A DNA stretch of 64,000 nt, taken from NCBI RefSeq assembly GCF_058153355.1, contig NZ_CM177019.1; one strand, given 5' to 3'. The first letter of the stretch is position 1, and each line of letters begins with the position of its first letter. Positions 14,212 through 29,922 of the stretch are shown here, piece by piece. Under the pieces are notes generated by a model that was not told the DNA's origin, did not search any database, and saw nothing but the letters and a program-made list of their open reading frames with translations. The position numbers and the translations under genes were made by a program.

Positions 14212-14814
14212 GTGTTAGCTTTTTGCCGCTCTTCGTTGAAGTCAAAAAAATATTTCATCATTTTACTGGTGCTCGCTGCAATTGCCGGACTGGGTACTCA
14301 TGCCGCCTGGAGTAGTAATGGTTTGCCACGTATCGACAATAAAACACTGGCCAGACTGGCACAGCAGCACACGGTTGTCGTTTTGTTTCGCCATGCTGAA
14401 CGTTGCGATCGTTCAACCAATCAATGCTTGTCAGATAAAACAGGTATTACGGTCAAAGGTACCCAGGATGCCCGTGAACTGGGCAACGCTTTTAGCGCTG
14501 ACATCCCTGATTTCGATCTTTATTCCAGTAATACCGTCCGGACCATTCAGTCGGCGACCTGGTTTTCAGCGGGGAAAAAGCTGACGGTAGATAAACGACT
14601 TCTTCAATGCGGTAATGAGATTTATAGTGCAATTAAGGACTTACAAAGCAAAGCACCTGATAAAAATATCGTTATTTTTACCCATAATCATTGCCTGACA
14701 TATATTGCTAAAGATAAGCGTGATGCGACATTTAAACCTGATTATCTGGATGGTTTAGTCATGCATGTAGAAAAAGGCAAAGTTTATCTGGATGGGGAAT
14801 TCGTTAACCACTAA
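14212..14814 (+). CDS. ais: lipopolysaccharide core heptose(II)-phosphate phosphatase Ais/PmrG (200 aa)
   Basis: Track ORF 14155..14814 trimmed to GTG giving (M)[14 protein letters not shown]...; histidine-phosphatase motif RHAERC; divergent from arnB. Confidence 0.75.
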   Translation: MLAFCRSSLKSKKYFIILLVLAAIAGLGTHAAWSSNGLPRIDNKTLARLAQQHTVVVLFRHAERCDRSTNQCLSDKTGITVKGTQDARELGNAFSADIPDFDLYSSNTVRTIQSATWFSAGKKLTVDKRLLQCGNEIYSAIKDLQSKAPDKNIVIFTHNHCLTYIAKDKRDATFKPDYLDGLVMHVEKGKVYLDGEFVNH

Positions 14815-14852
14815 ATTTTCAATCTGACAGCCAGTAATGGCTGCCATCACTG

Positions 14853-15278
14853 TTACAGAAGACCTTTCAAACGTAACGTTTTTCGGGTGGCGACATTCAA
14901 ATCATAATGCACCAGATCTTCAGGTTTTACCCACGCGTAGTCCTGAAACTCTTCGTTTATTTTCACTTCTCGGTTGGCAGAAACGCAGTCAAAAATCAGG
15001 TAAATCATATAAATCTCTTCCTTGCGGCCATCTGCATACGTCTTGGTGCGAATATCATCGCTGAAGGTCCACGGCGTGATTTCTGTCAAAAGCAGCTGTT
15101 CTCCCAGTTCTTCGCGAATTTCGCGGCGTAGTGCCTCTTCAATTCGTTCACCAGGCTCCACGCCGCCACCCGAAAGCGCCCATTGACCGGGGAAAACGCC
15201 GCGATCGTCGGCCATTTTACACAGCAAATAAGCACCATCATTTTCAATCAAAGGGCATACAATAGTCCGTTGTCGCAC
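14853..15278 (-). CDS. nudI: Nudix hydrolase NudI (141 aa)
   Basis: Nudix box [24 protein letters not shown]; track ORF 14853..15323 trimmed to the GTG codon (V in VRQRTIV), inferred from the remembered K-12 N-terminus MRQRTIV. Confidence 0.8.
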   Translation of the reverse strand: MRQRTIVCPLIENDGAYLLCKMADDRGVFPGQWALSGGGVEPGERIEEALRREIREELGEQLLLTEITPWTFSDDIRTKTYADGRKEEIYMIYLIFDCVSANREVKINEEFQDYAWVKPEDLVHYDLNVATRKTLRLKGLL

Positions 15279-15556
15279 AGGAGTATTCCTTATAAATAAA
15301 AAGAAACCATGAGAATACGGCAACTCAGAAATATGTGAAAGTGACAGTAATCTCTTTTGCGATGATAACTGTACTTATTATTATTTTTGTGTGTATCGGT
15401 AAAGTGTGTTTATTTTTTCGGCGTTTAATTATTTAAGAAGTATTTAGTTACAATAAGTGACTAGCTCCCTTTTTTCGCTCATTGAATCCTCTGTGCCAGG
15501 CAGTACAATCCCGCAGCTTTGGGAATTTTGATTTATTGCTTGTGGGAGAGGGGAAA

Positions 15557-16099
15557 ATGAAAAAAATTGCGCTAGCAGGTCTGGCCGGAATGCTGTTGGT
15601 TTCTGCATCGGTCAATGCAATGAGTATCAGCGGTCAGGCGGGTAAAGAATACACCAATATTGGTGTCGGTTTTGGTACGGAATCGACGGGCCTGGCGTTA
15701 AGCGGTAACTGGACACATAACGACGACGACGGTGACGTCGCGGGTGTGGGGCTGGGGTTGAATCTGCCTCTTGGTCCGTTAATGGCGACCGTTGGCGGTA
15801 AAGGTATTTATACCAATCCGAATGATGGTGATGAAGGCTATGCCGCTGCTGTTGGTGGTGGTTTGCAGTGGAAAATTGGCAACAGCTTCCGTTTGTTTGG
15901 CGAGTATTACTACTCTCCAGATTCGCTCTCCAGCGGTATTCAAAGTTATGAGGAAGCGAATGCGGGTGCGCGTTACACCATTATGCGTCCAGTCAGTATT
16001 GAGGCAGGTTATCGCTATCTGAATCTGTCGGGTAAATATGGTAACCGCGACAACGCCGTGGCTGACGGTCCATATGTTGGGGTTAACGCCAGTTTCTGA
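15557..16099 (+). CDS. yfaZ: outer-membrane-type protein YfaZ (180 aa)
   Basis: Track ORF 15482..16099 trimmed to MKKIALAGLAG signal peptide; Gly-rich beta-barrel-like composition; synteny. Confidence 0.75.
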   Translation: MKKIALAGLAGMLLVSASVNAMSISGQAGKEYTNIGVGFGTESTGLALSGNWTHNDDDGDVAGVGLGLNLPLGPLMATVGGKGIYTNPNDGDEGYAAAVGGGLQWKIGNSFRLFGEYYYSPDSLSSGIQSYEEANAGARYTIMRPVSIEAGYRYLNLSGKYGNRDNAVADGPYVGVNASF

Positions 16100-16198
16100 T
16101 GCCTTCCGGCGCGGCATTCTGTCGCGCCATTCAGTTTCTTACTACGCCTTATCTCCCTTTGCGTTATAGTGATTCGATAACAAAAGCAGGAGATAACC

Positions 16199-17401
16199 AT
16201 GTTAACAGTGGAAATGTTATCCACCGGGGATGAAGTGTTACACGGGCAAATCGTTGACACTAACGCTGCCTGGCTGGCCGATTTTTTCTTTCATCAGGGG
16301 TTGCCATTATCTCGCCGTAATACGGTGGGGGATAACCTCGATGACTTAGTGACCATTCTTCGTGAACGTAGTCAGCACGCCGATGTGCTGATTGTGAACG
16401 GCGGGCTGGGGCCGACCAGTGATGATTTAAGCGCACTCGCCGCTGCGACTGCAAAAGGAGAAGGCCTGGTGCTGCATGAGGCCTGGCTCAAAGAGATGGA
16501 ACGCTATTTCCGCGAACGTGGACGGGTGATGGCACCGAGCAACCGTAAACAAGCGGAGCTGCCAGCCAGTGCAGAATTTATCAATAACCCGGTAGGCACC
16601 GCTTGTGGTTTTGCCGTGCAGCTTAATCGTTGTCTGATGTTCTTTACCCCCGGCGTACCGTCGGAATTTAAGGTGATGGTCGAGCACGAAATCCTGCCGC
16701 GCCTGCGCGAACGTTTTTCTTTACCGCAGCCGCCGATTTGTCTGCGTTTGACTACCTTCGGTCGTTCGGAAAGCGATCTGGCGCAAAGCCTGGACTCCCT
16801 GCAACTGCCGCCGGGCGTAACAATGGGCTATCGCTCTTCTATGCCGATAATTGAACTTAAGCTGACCGGACCGGCAAGCGAGCAACAGGCGATGGAAAAA
16901 CTGTGGCTGGACGTTAAACGTGTTGCCGGACAGAGTGTGATTTTCGAAGGTACTGAAGGACTGCCCGCGCAGATCAGCCGCGAATTGCAAAGCCGTCAGT
17001 TCAGCCTGACATTGAGTGAGCAATTCACCGGTGGTTTAATGGCTTTGCAACTTTCTCGCGCAGGTGCTCCATTGCTGGCGTGTGAAGTAGTTCCTTCACA
17101 GGAAGAAACCCTGGCGCAAACTGCGCACTGGATTACAGAACGGCGTGCCAACCATTTTGCCGGGCTGGCACTGGCTGTTTCGGGTTTCGAGAACGAACAT
17201 CTCAACTTTGCGCTAGCCACGCCAGACGGCACTTTCGCTTTGCGTGTGCGTTTTAGCACTACGCGCTACAGTCTGGCTATTCGCCAGGAAGTCTGCGCAA
17301 TGATGGCACTGAATATGCTGCGCCGTTGGTTAAACGGTCAGGACATCGCCAGTGAGCATGGCTGGATTGAGGTTGTTGAGTCCATGACTTTATCTGTCTG
17401 A
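16199..17401 (+). CDS. yfaY: CinA-like competence/damage-inducible family protein (400 aa)
   Basis: Sequence recognised as CinA-like; synteny. Confidence 0.8.
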   Translation: MLTVEMLSTGDEVLHGQIVDTNAAWLADFFFHQGLPLSRRNTVGDNLDDLVTILRERSQHADVLIVNGGLGPTSDDLSALAAATAKGEGLVLHEAWLKEMERYFRERGRVMAPSNRKQAELPASAEFINNPVGTACGFAVQLNRCLMFFTPGVPSEFKVMVEHEILPRLRERFSLPQPPICLRLTTFGRSESDLAQSLDSLQLPPGVTMGYRSSMPIIELKLTGPASEQQAMEKLWLDVKRVAGQSVIFEGTEGLPAQISRELQSRQFSLTLSEQFTGGLMALQLSRAGAPLLACEVVPSQEETLAQTAHWITERRANHFAGLALAVSGFENEHLNFALATPDGTFALRVRFSTTRYSLAIRQEVCAMMALNMLRRWLNGQDIASEHGWIEVVESMTLSV

Positions 17402-17620
17402 TTCCGCCACTCCGTGCCGGTTTACTGCACCGGCACATTCTCCCTCCGGCAAAATTTGTCCAACCTGTTGTACTCAATAAGAAAAAATCCGTGCGCTGAT
17501 TCACAAATTTGTGCGTAATTTCTCCAGTCCGCTGGACGAGGTGCGGGATTTGATGCGCTTCACAATTTTACTCCCCCTGAGCAACGAGACTGATTCCAGT
17601 ATCTAAGACTGGAGTCCAGT

Positions 17621-18403
17621 ATGTTGGAATCAAGCAAAGTTCCCGCCCTGACACGGGCTATTGATATTCTCAATTTGATTGCCCGCATTGGCCCCTGTAG
17701 TGCTGCGACGATCATTGACACATTGGGGATCCCTAAAAGCACGGCCTATTTGCTGCTTAATGAACTCAGGCGTCAGCGTTTTCTTAGCCTTGATCACCAG
17801 GAAAATTTTTGTTTGTGGACCAAGCTGGTGGAGCTTTCCGGTCATGCGTTAAGCAAGATGGATCTCCGGGAACTGGCTCGACCGCGTTTGACGCAACTGA
17901 TGGATACCACCGGGCTGTTATGTCACCTGGGGATTATTGATAACGGCAGCGCTTATTACATTTTGAAAGTGGAGTCATCAGCCACTATCAGCGTGCGTTC
18001 CCATGAAGGAAAAAGCCTTTCGCTTTATCGCTCCGGAATAGGTAAATGCCTGCTAGCCTGGCAACCTGCATCTGTACAGCAAAGTATTATCGAAGGGCTG
18101 GTCTGGGAGCAGGTGACACCCACAACGATTACTCATCCACAGCAACTTCACGAAGAACTGGCGCGTATTCGCCGTCAGGGCTGGAGCTATGACAATGGCG
18201 AAGATTACGCCGATGTCCGTTGTGTTGCTGCGCCGGTGTTTAACGCCAATAACGAGCTTACCGCTGCGATCTCGGTGGTCGGTACCCGCTTACAAATCAA
18301 TGAAGAATACCGTGATTATCTGGCGGGCAAGGCCATTGCCTGCGCCAGGGATATTTCACGTCTGTTGGGATGGAAAAGTCCCTTTGACTTACAGGCCTCA
18401 TAA
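17621..18403 (+). CDS. rhmR: IclR-family transcriptional regulator of the L-rhamnonate operon (260 aa)
   Basis: N-terminal HTH and IclR-like C-terminal domain; immediately upstream of rhmD. Confidence 0.75.
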   Translation: MLESSKVPALTRAIDILNLIARIGPCSAATIIDTLGIPKSTAYLLLNELRRQRFLSLDHQENFCLWTKLVELSGHALSKMDLRELARPRLTQLMDTTGLLCHLGIIDNGSAYYILKVESSATISVRSHEGKSLSLYRSGIGKCLLAWQPASVQQSIIEGLVWEQVTPTTITHPQQLHEELARIRRQGWSYDNGEDYADVRCVAAPVFNANNELTAAISVVGTRLQINEEYRDYLAGKAIACARDISRLLGWKSPFDLQAS

Positions 18404-18417
18404 CAATGGAGAACAGC

Positions 18418-19623
18418 ATGACCCTACCAAAAATCAAACAGGTTCGCGCCTGGTTTACTGGCGGTGCGACAGCAGAAAAAGGCGCTGGCGGCGGTGATTA
18501 TCACGACCAGGGGGCGAATCACTGGATTGACGATCATATTGCCACCCCGATGAGTAAATACCGCGATTACGAGCAGTCACGCCAGTCATTTGGCATTAAC
18601 GTTCTTGGCACGTTGATTGTTGAAGTCGAAGCAGAAAACGGCCAGACCGGATTCGCCGTTTCGACAGCCGGTGAAATGGGCTGTTTTATTGTCGAAAAAC
18701 ACCTTAACCGTTTCATTGAGGGTAAATGTGTCAGTGATATCAAACTGATCCACGATCAAATGCTCAATGCCACCCTGTATTACTCCGGCTCTGGTGGCCT
18801 GGTGATGAATACGATTTCCTGTGTCGATCTGGCTCTGTGGGATCTGTTCGGCAAAGTGGTCGGGCTTCCGGTTTATAAACTTTTAGGCGGCGCAGTTCGT
18901 GATGAGATTCAGTTCTACGCCACAGGTGCGCGTCCGGATCTGGCAAAAGAGATGGGCTTTATCGGTGGCAAAATGCCGACGCACTGGGGGCCACATGATG
19001 GCGATGCGGGGATCCGCAAAGATGCCGCTATGGTCGCGGATATGCGTGAAAAATGCGGTGAGGATTTCTGGTTAATGCTCGACTGCTGGATGAGTCAGGA
19101 CGTGAACTATGCCACCAAACTGGCCCACGCTTGCGCGCCCTATAACCTGAAATGGATCGAAGAGTGCCTGCCGCCACAGCAGTATGAAGGTTATCGTGAA
19201 CTGAAACGCAACGCGCCAGTCGGAATGATGGTCACCAGCGGTGAGCATCACGGCACACTGCAATCTTTCCGTACGCTTTCAGAAACCGGTATCGACATTA
19301 TGCAGCCGGATGTTGGCTGGTGCGGTGGCTTAACCACGCTGGTGGAAATTGCCGCAATCGCCAAATCCAGAGGGCAACTGGTGGTGCCGCACGGTTCGTC
19401 TGTTTACTCTCACCATGCGGTGATCACCTTCACCAATACGCCATTCAGCGAATTCCTGATGACCAGCCCGGATTGTTCAACGATGCGTCCGCAATTTGAT
19501 CCGATTCTGCTTAATGAGCCAGTGCCGGTGAATGGTCGTATTCATAAATCAGTGCTTGATAAACCCGGTTTCGGCGTCGAGCTCAATCGTGACTGCAATT
19601 TGAAACGCCCCTACAGCCACTAA
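18418..19623 (+). CDS. rhmD: L-rhamnonate dehydratase RhmD (enolase superfamily)
   Basis: Track ORF 18406..19623; second ATG at 18418 has a GGAGA RBS (MTLPKIKQ...). Confidence 0.85.
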   Translation: MTLPKIKQVRAWFTGGATAEKGAGGGDYHDQGANHWIDDHIATPMSKYRDYEQSRQSFGINVLGTLIVEVEAENGQTGFAVSTAGEMGCFIVEKHLNRFIEGKCVSDIKLIHDQMLNATLYYSGSGGLVMNTISCVDLALWDLFGKVVGLPVYKLLGGAVRDEIQFYATGARPDLAKEMGFIGGKMPTHWGPHDGDAGIRKDAAMVADMREKCGEDFWLMLDCWMSQDVNYATKLAHACAPYNLKWIEECLPPQQYEGYRELKRNAPVGMMVTSGEHHGTLQSFRTLSETGIDIMQPDVGWCGGLTTLVEIAAIAKSRGQLVVPHGSSVYSHHAVITFTNTPFSEFLMTSPDCSTMRPQFDPILLNEPVPVNGRIHKSVLDKPGFGVELNRDCNLKRPYSH

Positions 19624-19679
19624 TCATTCCGGGCGTTGCTTTGACAACGGTAACGCCCACATATTCTAAGGAGCTTTTT

Positions 19680-20969
19680 ATGAGCACCGCTTTGCTTGAC
19701 GCCGTGGTGAAGAAAAACCGTGCGCGTTTAATTCCGTTTATGTTGGCGCTGTATGTGCTGGCGTTTCTCGACCGTTCGAATATCGGTTTTGCCAAACAGA
19801 CCTACCAGATTGATACCGGGCTGAGTAATGAAGCTTATGCGCTGGGAGCAGGCATTTTCTTTGTGGTATATGCGTTTCTGGGTGTTCCGGCGAATCTTTT
19901 GATGCGCAAACTGGGGGCAAGAACCTGGATTGGTACGACAACACTGCTGTGGGGATTTCTTTCGGCAGCCATGGCATGGGCCGATACTGAAGCGAAATTT
20001 CTGATCGTTCGCACTCTGCTTGGTGCTGCGGAGGCCGGGTTCTTCCCTGGTATGATTTATCTCACCTCGCAATGGTTTCCGCAGCGTAATCGCGCCAGCA
20101 TTATGGGGCTGTTCTATATGGGCGCACCGTTGGCGTTAACACTGGTATCACCGCTTTCCGGCGCGCTGCTGGAGATGCATGGATTTATGGGGCATCCCGG
20201 CTGGTTCTGGATGTTTGTGATTGAAGGATTGCTGGCAGTCGGCGCTGGTGTATTCACATTCTTTTGGCTTGATGACACGCCGGAGCAGGCTCGTTTTCTG
20301 AGTAAAGAAGAAAAAACGTTGCTTATCAACCAACTGGCAAGTGAAGAACAACAGAAAGTGACTTCTCGACTGAGCGATGCGCTGCGTAATGGGCGAGTCT
20401 GGCAACTGGCGATTATCTACCTGACCATTCAGGTGGCGGTTTACGGATTAATTTTCTTCCTGCCGACGCAGGTTGCTGCATTGTTGGGGACAAAAGTGGG
20501 CTTTACGGCGTCGGTGGTCACCGCCATTCCGTGGGTCGCGGCCTTGTTTGGGACCTGGCTTATTCCGCGCTATTCCGATAAAACCGGCGAACGGCGTAAT
20601 GTCGCGGCGCTGACATTACTGGCGGCGGGCATTGGTATTGGTCTCTCCGGGCTGCTTTCTCCAGTACTGGCGATCGTAGCGCTGTGTGTTGCAGCCATCG
20701 GGTTTATTGCCGTGCAGCCGGTGTTCTGGACGATGCCGACACAACTGCTTTCCGGTACGGCGCTGGCGGCGGGGATTGGTTTTGTAAACCTGTTTGGTGC
20801 AGTGGGCGGGTTTATTGCCCCGATCCTGCGCGTGAAAGCAGAAACGTTGTTTGCCAGCAATGCGGCTGGATTACTGACGCTGGCAGCGGTGGCGGTCATC
20901 GGTTCGCTGATTATTTTCACTCTGCGTGTAAATCGCACTGTTGCGCAGACCGACGTGGCACATCATTAA
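19680..20969 (+). CDS. rhmT: MFS transporter RhmT
   Basis: Track ORF 19641..20969 trimmed to ATG with AGGAG RBS ([10 protein letters not shown]...); multiple TM segments. Confidence 0.8.
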   Translation: MSTALLDAVVKKNRARLIPFMLALYVLAFLDRSNIGFAKQTYQIDTGLSNEAYALGAGIFFVVYAFLGVPANLLMRKLGARTWIGTTTLLWGFLSAAMAWADTEAKFLIVRTLLGAAEAGFFPGMIYLTSQWFPQRNRASIMGLFYMGAPLALTLVSPLSGALLEMHGFMGHPGWFWMFVIEGLLAVGAGVFTFFWLDDTPEQARFLSKEEKTLLINQLASEEQQKVTSRLSDALRNGRVWQLAIIYLTIQVAVYGLIFFLPTQVAALLGTKVGFTASVVTAIPWVAALFGTWLIPRYSDKTGERRNVAALTLLAAGIGIGLSGLLSPVLAIVALCVAAIGFIAVQPVFWTMPTQLLSGTALAAGIGFVNLFGAVGGFIAPILRVKAETLFASNAAGLLTLAAVAVIGSLIIFTLRVNRTVAQTDVAHH

Positions 20970-20985
20970 TAGGTTAAGGAACACC

Positions 20986-21789
20986 ATGAACGCATTATTA
21001 ACCAATCCCTTTAAAGAACGTTTACGCAAGGGCGAAGTGCAAATTGGTCTGTGGTTAAGCTCGACTACTTCTTATATGGCAGAAATTGCCGCCACCTCCG
21101 GTTATGACTGGTTGCTGATTGACGGGGAGCACGCGCCAAACACCATTCAGGATCTTTATCACCAGCTACAGGCGGTAGCGCCCTATGCCAGCCAACCCGT
21201 GATCCGTCCGGTGGAAGCCAGTAAGTCGCTGATTAAACAAGTCCTGGATATTGGCGCGCAAACTCTATTGATCCCGATGGTCGATACTGCCGATCAGGCA
21301 CGTCAGGTGGTGTCTGCCACGCGCTATCCTCCCTACGGTGAGCGTGGTGTCGGGGCCAGTGTGGCACGGGCTGCGCGCTGGGGACGCATTGAGAATTACA
21401 TGGCGCAAGTCAACGATTCGCTTTGTCTGTTGGTGCAGGTGGAAAGTAAAACAGCACTGGATAACCTGGACGAAATCCTCGACGTCGAAGGGATTGACGG
21501 CGTGTTTATTGGACCTGCGGATCTTTCTGCCTCGTTGGGCTACCCGGATAACGCCGGGCACCCGGAAGTGCAGCAAATTATTGAAACCAGTATTCGGCGG
21601 ATCCGTGCTGCGGGTAAAGCGGCTGGTTTTCTGGCTGTGGCTCCTGATATGGCGCAGCAATGCCTGGCATGGGGAGCGAACTTTGTCGCTGTTGGCGTTG
21701 ACACGATGCTCTACAGCGATGCCCTGGATCAACGACTGGCGATGTTTAAATCAGGCAAAAATGAGCCACGCATAAAAGGTAGTTATTGA
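20986..21789 (+). CDS. rhmA: 2-keto-3-deoxy-L-rhamnonate aldolase RhmA (267 aa)
   Basis: Track ORF 20941..21789 trimmed to [11 protein letters not shown]...; HpcH/HpaI aldolase-like. Confidence 0.85.
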   Translation: MNALLTNPFKERLRKGEVQIGLWLSSTTSYMAEIAATSGYDWLLIDGEHAPNTIQDLYHQLQAVAPYASQPVIRPVEASKSLIKQVLDIGAQTLLIPMVDTADQARQVVSATRYPPYGERGVGASVARAARWGRIENYMAQVNDSLCLLVQVESKTALDNLDEILDVEGIDGVFIGPADLSASLGYPDNAGHPEVQQIIETSIRRIRAAGKAAGFLAVAPDMAQQCLAWGANFVAVGVDTMLYSDALDQRLAMFKSGKNEPRIKGSY

Positions 21790-21796
21790 TATCAAA

Positions 21797-21821
21797 GGCC
21801 CACGGGGATCGGCTGTGGGCC
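21797..21821. terminator. hairpin between convergent rhmA and yfaD
   Basis: GGCCCAC...GTGGGCC 7-bp stem; weak T-run. Confidence 0.35.
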
Positions 21822-21829
21822 TGTGTTAA

Positions 21830-22732
21830 TTAGTGGTTATTCGCTGCCAGATCGGCTTCGCTTAGCTGGGTGGCAGCGAGCACCAGGTCACGATCAATGC
21901 CCTGTTCCAGCATGCGCAAGGCAATTTTAATGGCTTGTTCATGCATGCCTTCCTGCCAGCCAATTTGATGCCCTTCCTGCCGTAGCCGTTCAGCAATAGT
22001 CATCAATCTCTCCTTTTGTAGTGGTGAACGTTCGGCAATCTCCTCAATAAAGCGGGTGAAACGGGAGGTATCGCCGCATTGCAGAAGATAATTAAACAGC
22101 GTTTGTAGCTGGCTGTCATTAGTGAAGCCTCTAACCAAAAGCGTGGTGATCCTGTCGACCATACCGATTAAATCGCGGTCGCGAATATGCTTTTGAATCA
22201 GTTCAAGCAGAGCTATACGCCGATGTTGCATGATCTCATCGTCAGGTACGATGGTGATATCCACCAACGGAAAAGCTTCGGTGTACAACTGCCGGGCAAG
22301 TTGCGGATCATCAAACTCATCCAGCCAGTTAAGTGAGTATGGGTAGGGCGAGGTTTCGCCGTGATAAAACAGCAACGGCACCACCAGAGGGACTCTGTCA
22401 TAGCCTTTGTCAAGGTGACGCTGCATGGCGGCGGTGGCATAGCGCATTAGCCGAAAAGCCATATTCTTTTCTGCGGAACTTTGATGTTCAATCACGCAGT
22501 AGATATAGCCGTCACCATCGCTGGTTTCCACCGACCACAAAACATCCGAGTAGTAAGCGCGTAAACTTTTTTCAATAAAGCTGGTGGGTTCCAGGCGTAA
22601 GGTTTGCAGGTTGCAAAGTTTACGCAGTGGCTCCGGTAGATGTATTTCGAGAAAATCCCGCGCGGTTTCGGGCGAGAACATAAAGGTTTTAAACACCGCA
22701 TCATGCGGGGAGGAGGTTGTTGATTCGGTCAT
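21830..22732 (-). CDS. yfaD: Rpn-family recombination-promoting nuclease / transposase_31-like protein YfaD (RpnB)
   Basis: 300-aa ORF recognised as Rpn/YhgA-like family; synteny. Confidence 0.7.
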   Translation of the reverse strand: MTESTTSSPHDAVFKTFMFSPETARDFLEIHLPEPLRKLCNLQTLRLEPTSFIEKSLRAYYSDVLWSVETSDGDGYIYCVIEHQSSAEKNMAFRLMRYATAAMQRHLDKGYDRVPLVVPLLFYHGETSPYPYSLNWLDEFDDPQLARQLYTEAFPLVDITIVPDDEIMQHRRIALLELIQKHIRDRDLIGMVDRITTLLVRGFTNDSQLQTLFNYLLQCGDTSRFTRFIEEIAERSPLQKERLMTIAERLRQEGHQIGWQEGMHEQAIKIALRMLEQGIDRDLVLAATQLSEADLAANNH

Positions 22733-22925
22733 GGTTGTCCGTCACCTGATATTTATGATGACGCGACATTACGGGGATCTCAGAACAATGACATCTGCCA
22801 GTTTCTGCCTTTGCGAGACGTTTTCAGAAGAATTTTCAAAGCGATGCAACGCATACACTGGATGCGGAATCACGTACGCAGAAATGCCCGATAAGCAATG
22901 CGCTTACCGGGCATCACAAGGAAGA

Positions 22926-26990
<4,065 letters not shown>

Positions 26991-27137
26991 TGTTATCCCT
27001 CTGAAGTTCGTTTTTTTACCATTTAGCCATAGTAAAAACATGAATTGTTTGATTTCGCGCATATTCACTCATAATTCGAAAGTGAAACGTGATTTCATGC
27101 GTCATTTTGAACATTCTGTAAATCTTATTTAATAATG

Positions 27138-27153
27138 TGTGCGGCAATTCACA
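27138..27153. promoter_or_regulatory. CRP-like palindrome TGTGC-N6-TCACA in glpA/glpT divergent control region
   Basis: Sequence tgtgcggcaattcaca read in the 195-bp intergenic region. Confidence 0.35.
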
Positions 27154-27263
27154 TTTAATTTCTGAATGTTTTCTTAACATCGCGGCAACTCAAGAAACGG
27201 CAGGTTCTCCCACTGAATCAGGCTGTTAATCATAAATAAGACCACGGGCCACGGAGGCTTTCA

Positions 27264-28622
27264 ATGTTGAGTATTTTTAAACCGGCGCCACACAAAGCGC
27301 GCTTACCTGCCGCGGAGATCGATCCGACTTATCGTCGATTGCGCTGGCAAATTTTCCTGGGGATATTCTTTGGCTATGCTGCTTACTATTTGGTTCGTAA
27401 GAACTTTGCGCTCGCTATGCCTTACCTGGTGGAGCAGGGATTCTCACGCGGTGATTTAGGTTTCGCGCTTTCTGGGATCTCGATCGCCTATGGATTTTCG
27501 AAATTCATCATGGGTTCGGTGTCGGATCGCTCGAATCCGCGCGTTTTCCTCCCTGCAGGTTTGATTCTGGCGGCGGCAGTGATGCTGTTTATGGGCTTTG
27601 TGCCATGGGCGACATCGAGCATTGCGGTAATGTTTGTACTGTTGTTCCTCTGCGGCTGGTTCCAGGGGATGGGGTGGCCGCCGTGTGGTCGTACTATGGT
27701 GCACTGGTGGTCGCAGAAAGAACGTGGCGGCATTGTGTCGGTGTGGAACTGTGCGCACAACGTCGGTGGTGGTATTCCGCCGCTGCTGTTCCTGCTGGGG
27801 ATGGCCTGGTTCAATGACTGGCACGCGGCCCTCTATATGCCCGCTTTCTGCGCCATTCTGGTGGCACTATTCGCCTTTGCGATGATGCGCGATACCCCAC
27901 AATCCTGTGGCTTGCCGCCGATCGAAGAGTACAAAAACGATTATCCGGACGACTATAACGAAAAAGCGGAGCAGGAGCTGACCGCGAAGCAAATTTTCAT
28001 GCAGTACGTGCTGCCGAACAAACTGCTGTGGTACATCGCCATCGCCAACGTGTTCGTTTATCTGCTGCGTTACGGCATCCTCGACTGGTCACCGACCTAC
28101 CTGAAAGAAGTTAAGCATTTCGCGCTGGATAAATCCTCCTGGGCCTACTTCTTCTATGAGTATGCGGGCATTCCGGGCACCCTGTTGTGTGGCTGGATGT
28201 CGGACAAAGTCTTCCGTGGTAACCGTGGGGCAACCGGCGTCTTCTTTATGACACTGGTGACCATCGCAACTATCGTTTACTGGATGAACCCGGCAGGCAA
28301 CCCAACCGTAGATATGATTTGTATGATTGTTATCGGCTTCCTGATCTACGGTCCTGTGATGTTGATTGGTCTGCACGCGCTGGAACTGGCACCGAAAAAA
28401 GCGGCAGGTACGGCAGCGGGCTTTACCGGTCTGTTTGGTTACCTGGGCGGTTCGGTGGCGGCGAGCGCGATTGTTGGTTACACCGTGGACTTCTTCGGCT
28501 GGGATGGCGGCTTTATGGTAATGATTGGCGGCAGCATCCTGGCGGTTATCCTGTTGATAGTTGTGATGATTGGCGAAAAACGTCGCCATCAGGAATTACT
28601 GCAAAAACGCAATGGAGGCTAA
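27264..28622 (+). CDS. glpT: glycerol-3-phosphate transporter GlpT (452 aa)
   Basis: MFS organophosphate:Pi antiporter sequence; synteny. Confidence 0.95.
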   Translation: MLSIFKPAPHKARLPAAEIDPTYRRLRWQIFLGIFFGYAAYYLVRKNFALAMPYLVEQGFSRGDLGFALSGISIAYGFSKFIMGSVSDRSNPRVFLPAGLILAAAVMLFMGFVPWATSSIAVMFVLLFLCGWFQGMGWPPCGRTMVHWWSQKERGGIVSVWNCAHNVGGGIPPLLFLLGMAWFNDWHAALYMPAFCAILVALFAFAMMRDTPQSCGLPPIEEYKNDYPDDYNEKAEQELTAKQIFMQYVLPNKLLWYIAIANVFVYLLRYGILDWSPTYLKEVKHFALDKSSWAYFFYEYAGIPGTLLCGWMSDKVFRGNRGATGVFFMTLVTIATIVYWMNPAGNPTVDMICMIVIGFLIYGPVMLIGLHALELAPKKAAGTAAGFTGLFGYLGGSVAASAIVGYTVDFFGWDGGFMVMIGGSILAVILLIVVMIGEKRRHQELLQKRNGG

Positions 28623-28626
28623 TGGC

Positions 28627-29703
28627 ATGAAATTGACGCTGAAAAACCTTAGCATGGCGATCATGATGAGTGGAATGATCATGGGAAGCAGTGCAATGGC
28701 GGCGGATAGCAACGAAAAAATAGTCATCGCCCATCGCGGTGCCAGTGGATATTTACCGGAGCATACGCTGCCAGCAAAAGCGATGGCGTATGCGCAGGGG
28801 GCAGATTATCTTGAACAGGATTTGGTGATGACGAAGGATGATCATCTGGTCGTTCTGCATGACCATTATCTCGATCGTGTTACTGATGTCGCCGATCGTT
28901 TCCCGGACAGGGCGCGTAAAGATGGCCGTTACTACGCGATAGATTTTACGCTGGATGAAATTAAGTCGCTGAAATTTACCGAAGGTTTCGATATTGAAAA
29001 CGGTAAAAAAGTGCAGACTTATCCGGGGCGTTTCCCGATGGGTAAGTCTGACTTCCGGGTGCACACCTTTGAAGAAGAGATTGAATTTGTTCAGGGGTTA
29101 AATCACTCCACTGGGAAAAATATTGGTATCTATCCAGAAATTAAAGCGCCGTGGTTCCACCATCAGGAAGGGAAGGATATTGCGGCAAAAACGCTGGAAG
29201 TGCTGAAGAAATATGGTTACCTCGGTAAGGACGACAAAGTTTATTTGCAATGTTTTGATGCTGATGAGCTGAAACGCATTAAAAATGAGCTGGAACCGAA
29301 AATGGGCATGGACCTCAATCTTGTACAGCTGATTGCCTATACCGACTGGAATGAAACGCAGCAGAAACAGCCGGACGGAAGCTGGGTTAATTACAGCTAT
29401 GACTGGATGTTCAAGCCGGGCGCCATGAAACAGGTAGCGGAATATGCTGATGGCATTGGTCCGGATTACCATATGGTGATTGAGGAGACATCGCAGCCGG
29501 GTAATATCAAGCTTACCGGAATGGTAAAAGATGCACAGCAGAATAAGCTGGTGGTGCATCCTTATACCGTGCGGGCCGACAAGCTGCCGGAATATGCCAC
29601 CGATGTGAATCAGTTGTATGATGCTCTGTATAACAAAGCGGGTGTAAATGGGCTGTTTACTGATTTCCCTGATAAGGCAGTAAAATTCCTTAATAAAGAG
29701 TAA
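28627..29703 (+). CDS. glpQ: periplasmic glycerophosphodiester phosphodiesterase GlpQ (358 aa)
   Basis: Track ORF 28570..29703 trimmed to ATG with GGAGG RBS; signal peptide then HRGASGYLPEHT. Confidence 0.9.
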   Translation: MKLTLKNLSMAIMMSGMIMGSSAMAADSNEKIVIAHRGASGYLPEHTLPAKAMAYAQGADYLEQDLVMTKDDHLVVLHDHYLDRVTDVADRFPDRARKDGRYYAIDFTLDEIKSLKFTEGFDIENGKKVQTYPGRFPMGKSDFRVHTFEEEIEFVQGLNHSTGKNIGIYPEIKAPWFHHQEGKDIAAKTLEVLKKYGYLGKDDKVYLQCFDADELKRIKNELEPKMGMDLNLVQLIAYTDWNETQQKQPDGSWVNYSYDWMFKPGAMKQVAEYADGIGPDYHMVIEETSQPGNIKLTGMVKDAQQNKLVVHPYTVRADKLPEYATDVNQLYDALYNKAGVNGLFTDFPDKAVKFLNKE

Positions 29704-29713
29704 TGCTACTGCA

Positions 29714-29735
29714 GGATGGCGTTCATGCGCCATCC
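29714..29735 (+). terminator. hairpin downstream of glpQ
   Basis: Perfect 8-bp stem GGATGGCG / CGCCATCC with 6-nt loop, 10 bp after the glpQ stop; no strong T-run. Confidence 0.4.
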
Positions 29736-29922
29736 TCTGCTAAAGCGAAATAATGCTACTACCGGTTATTCTTTTCATTAACGGGTGCATCCTGTAAAAA
29801 GATGCCAACATAATTTTCGTAAAACTCATTCGTTAAAAAAGCTAACACTGGGCATTGTTATTCTTTAAACAGTATGAATAGGTCTCAATAATAAATTGTA
29901 ATGCAGTTTATACTGTAAAGTA

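Noticed and set aside
22733-22925. ORF 22584..23081 and possible small gene between yfaD and glpC
   Set aside because: The ORF overlaps yfaD and glpC in antisense; the 193-bp interval shows no convincing RBS and start, and is more likely a glpC leader or decayed remnant.
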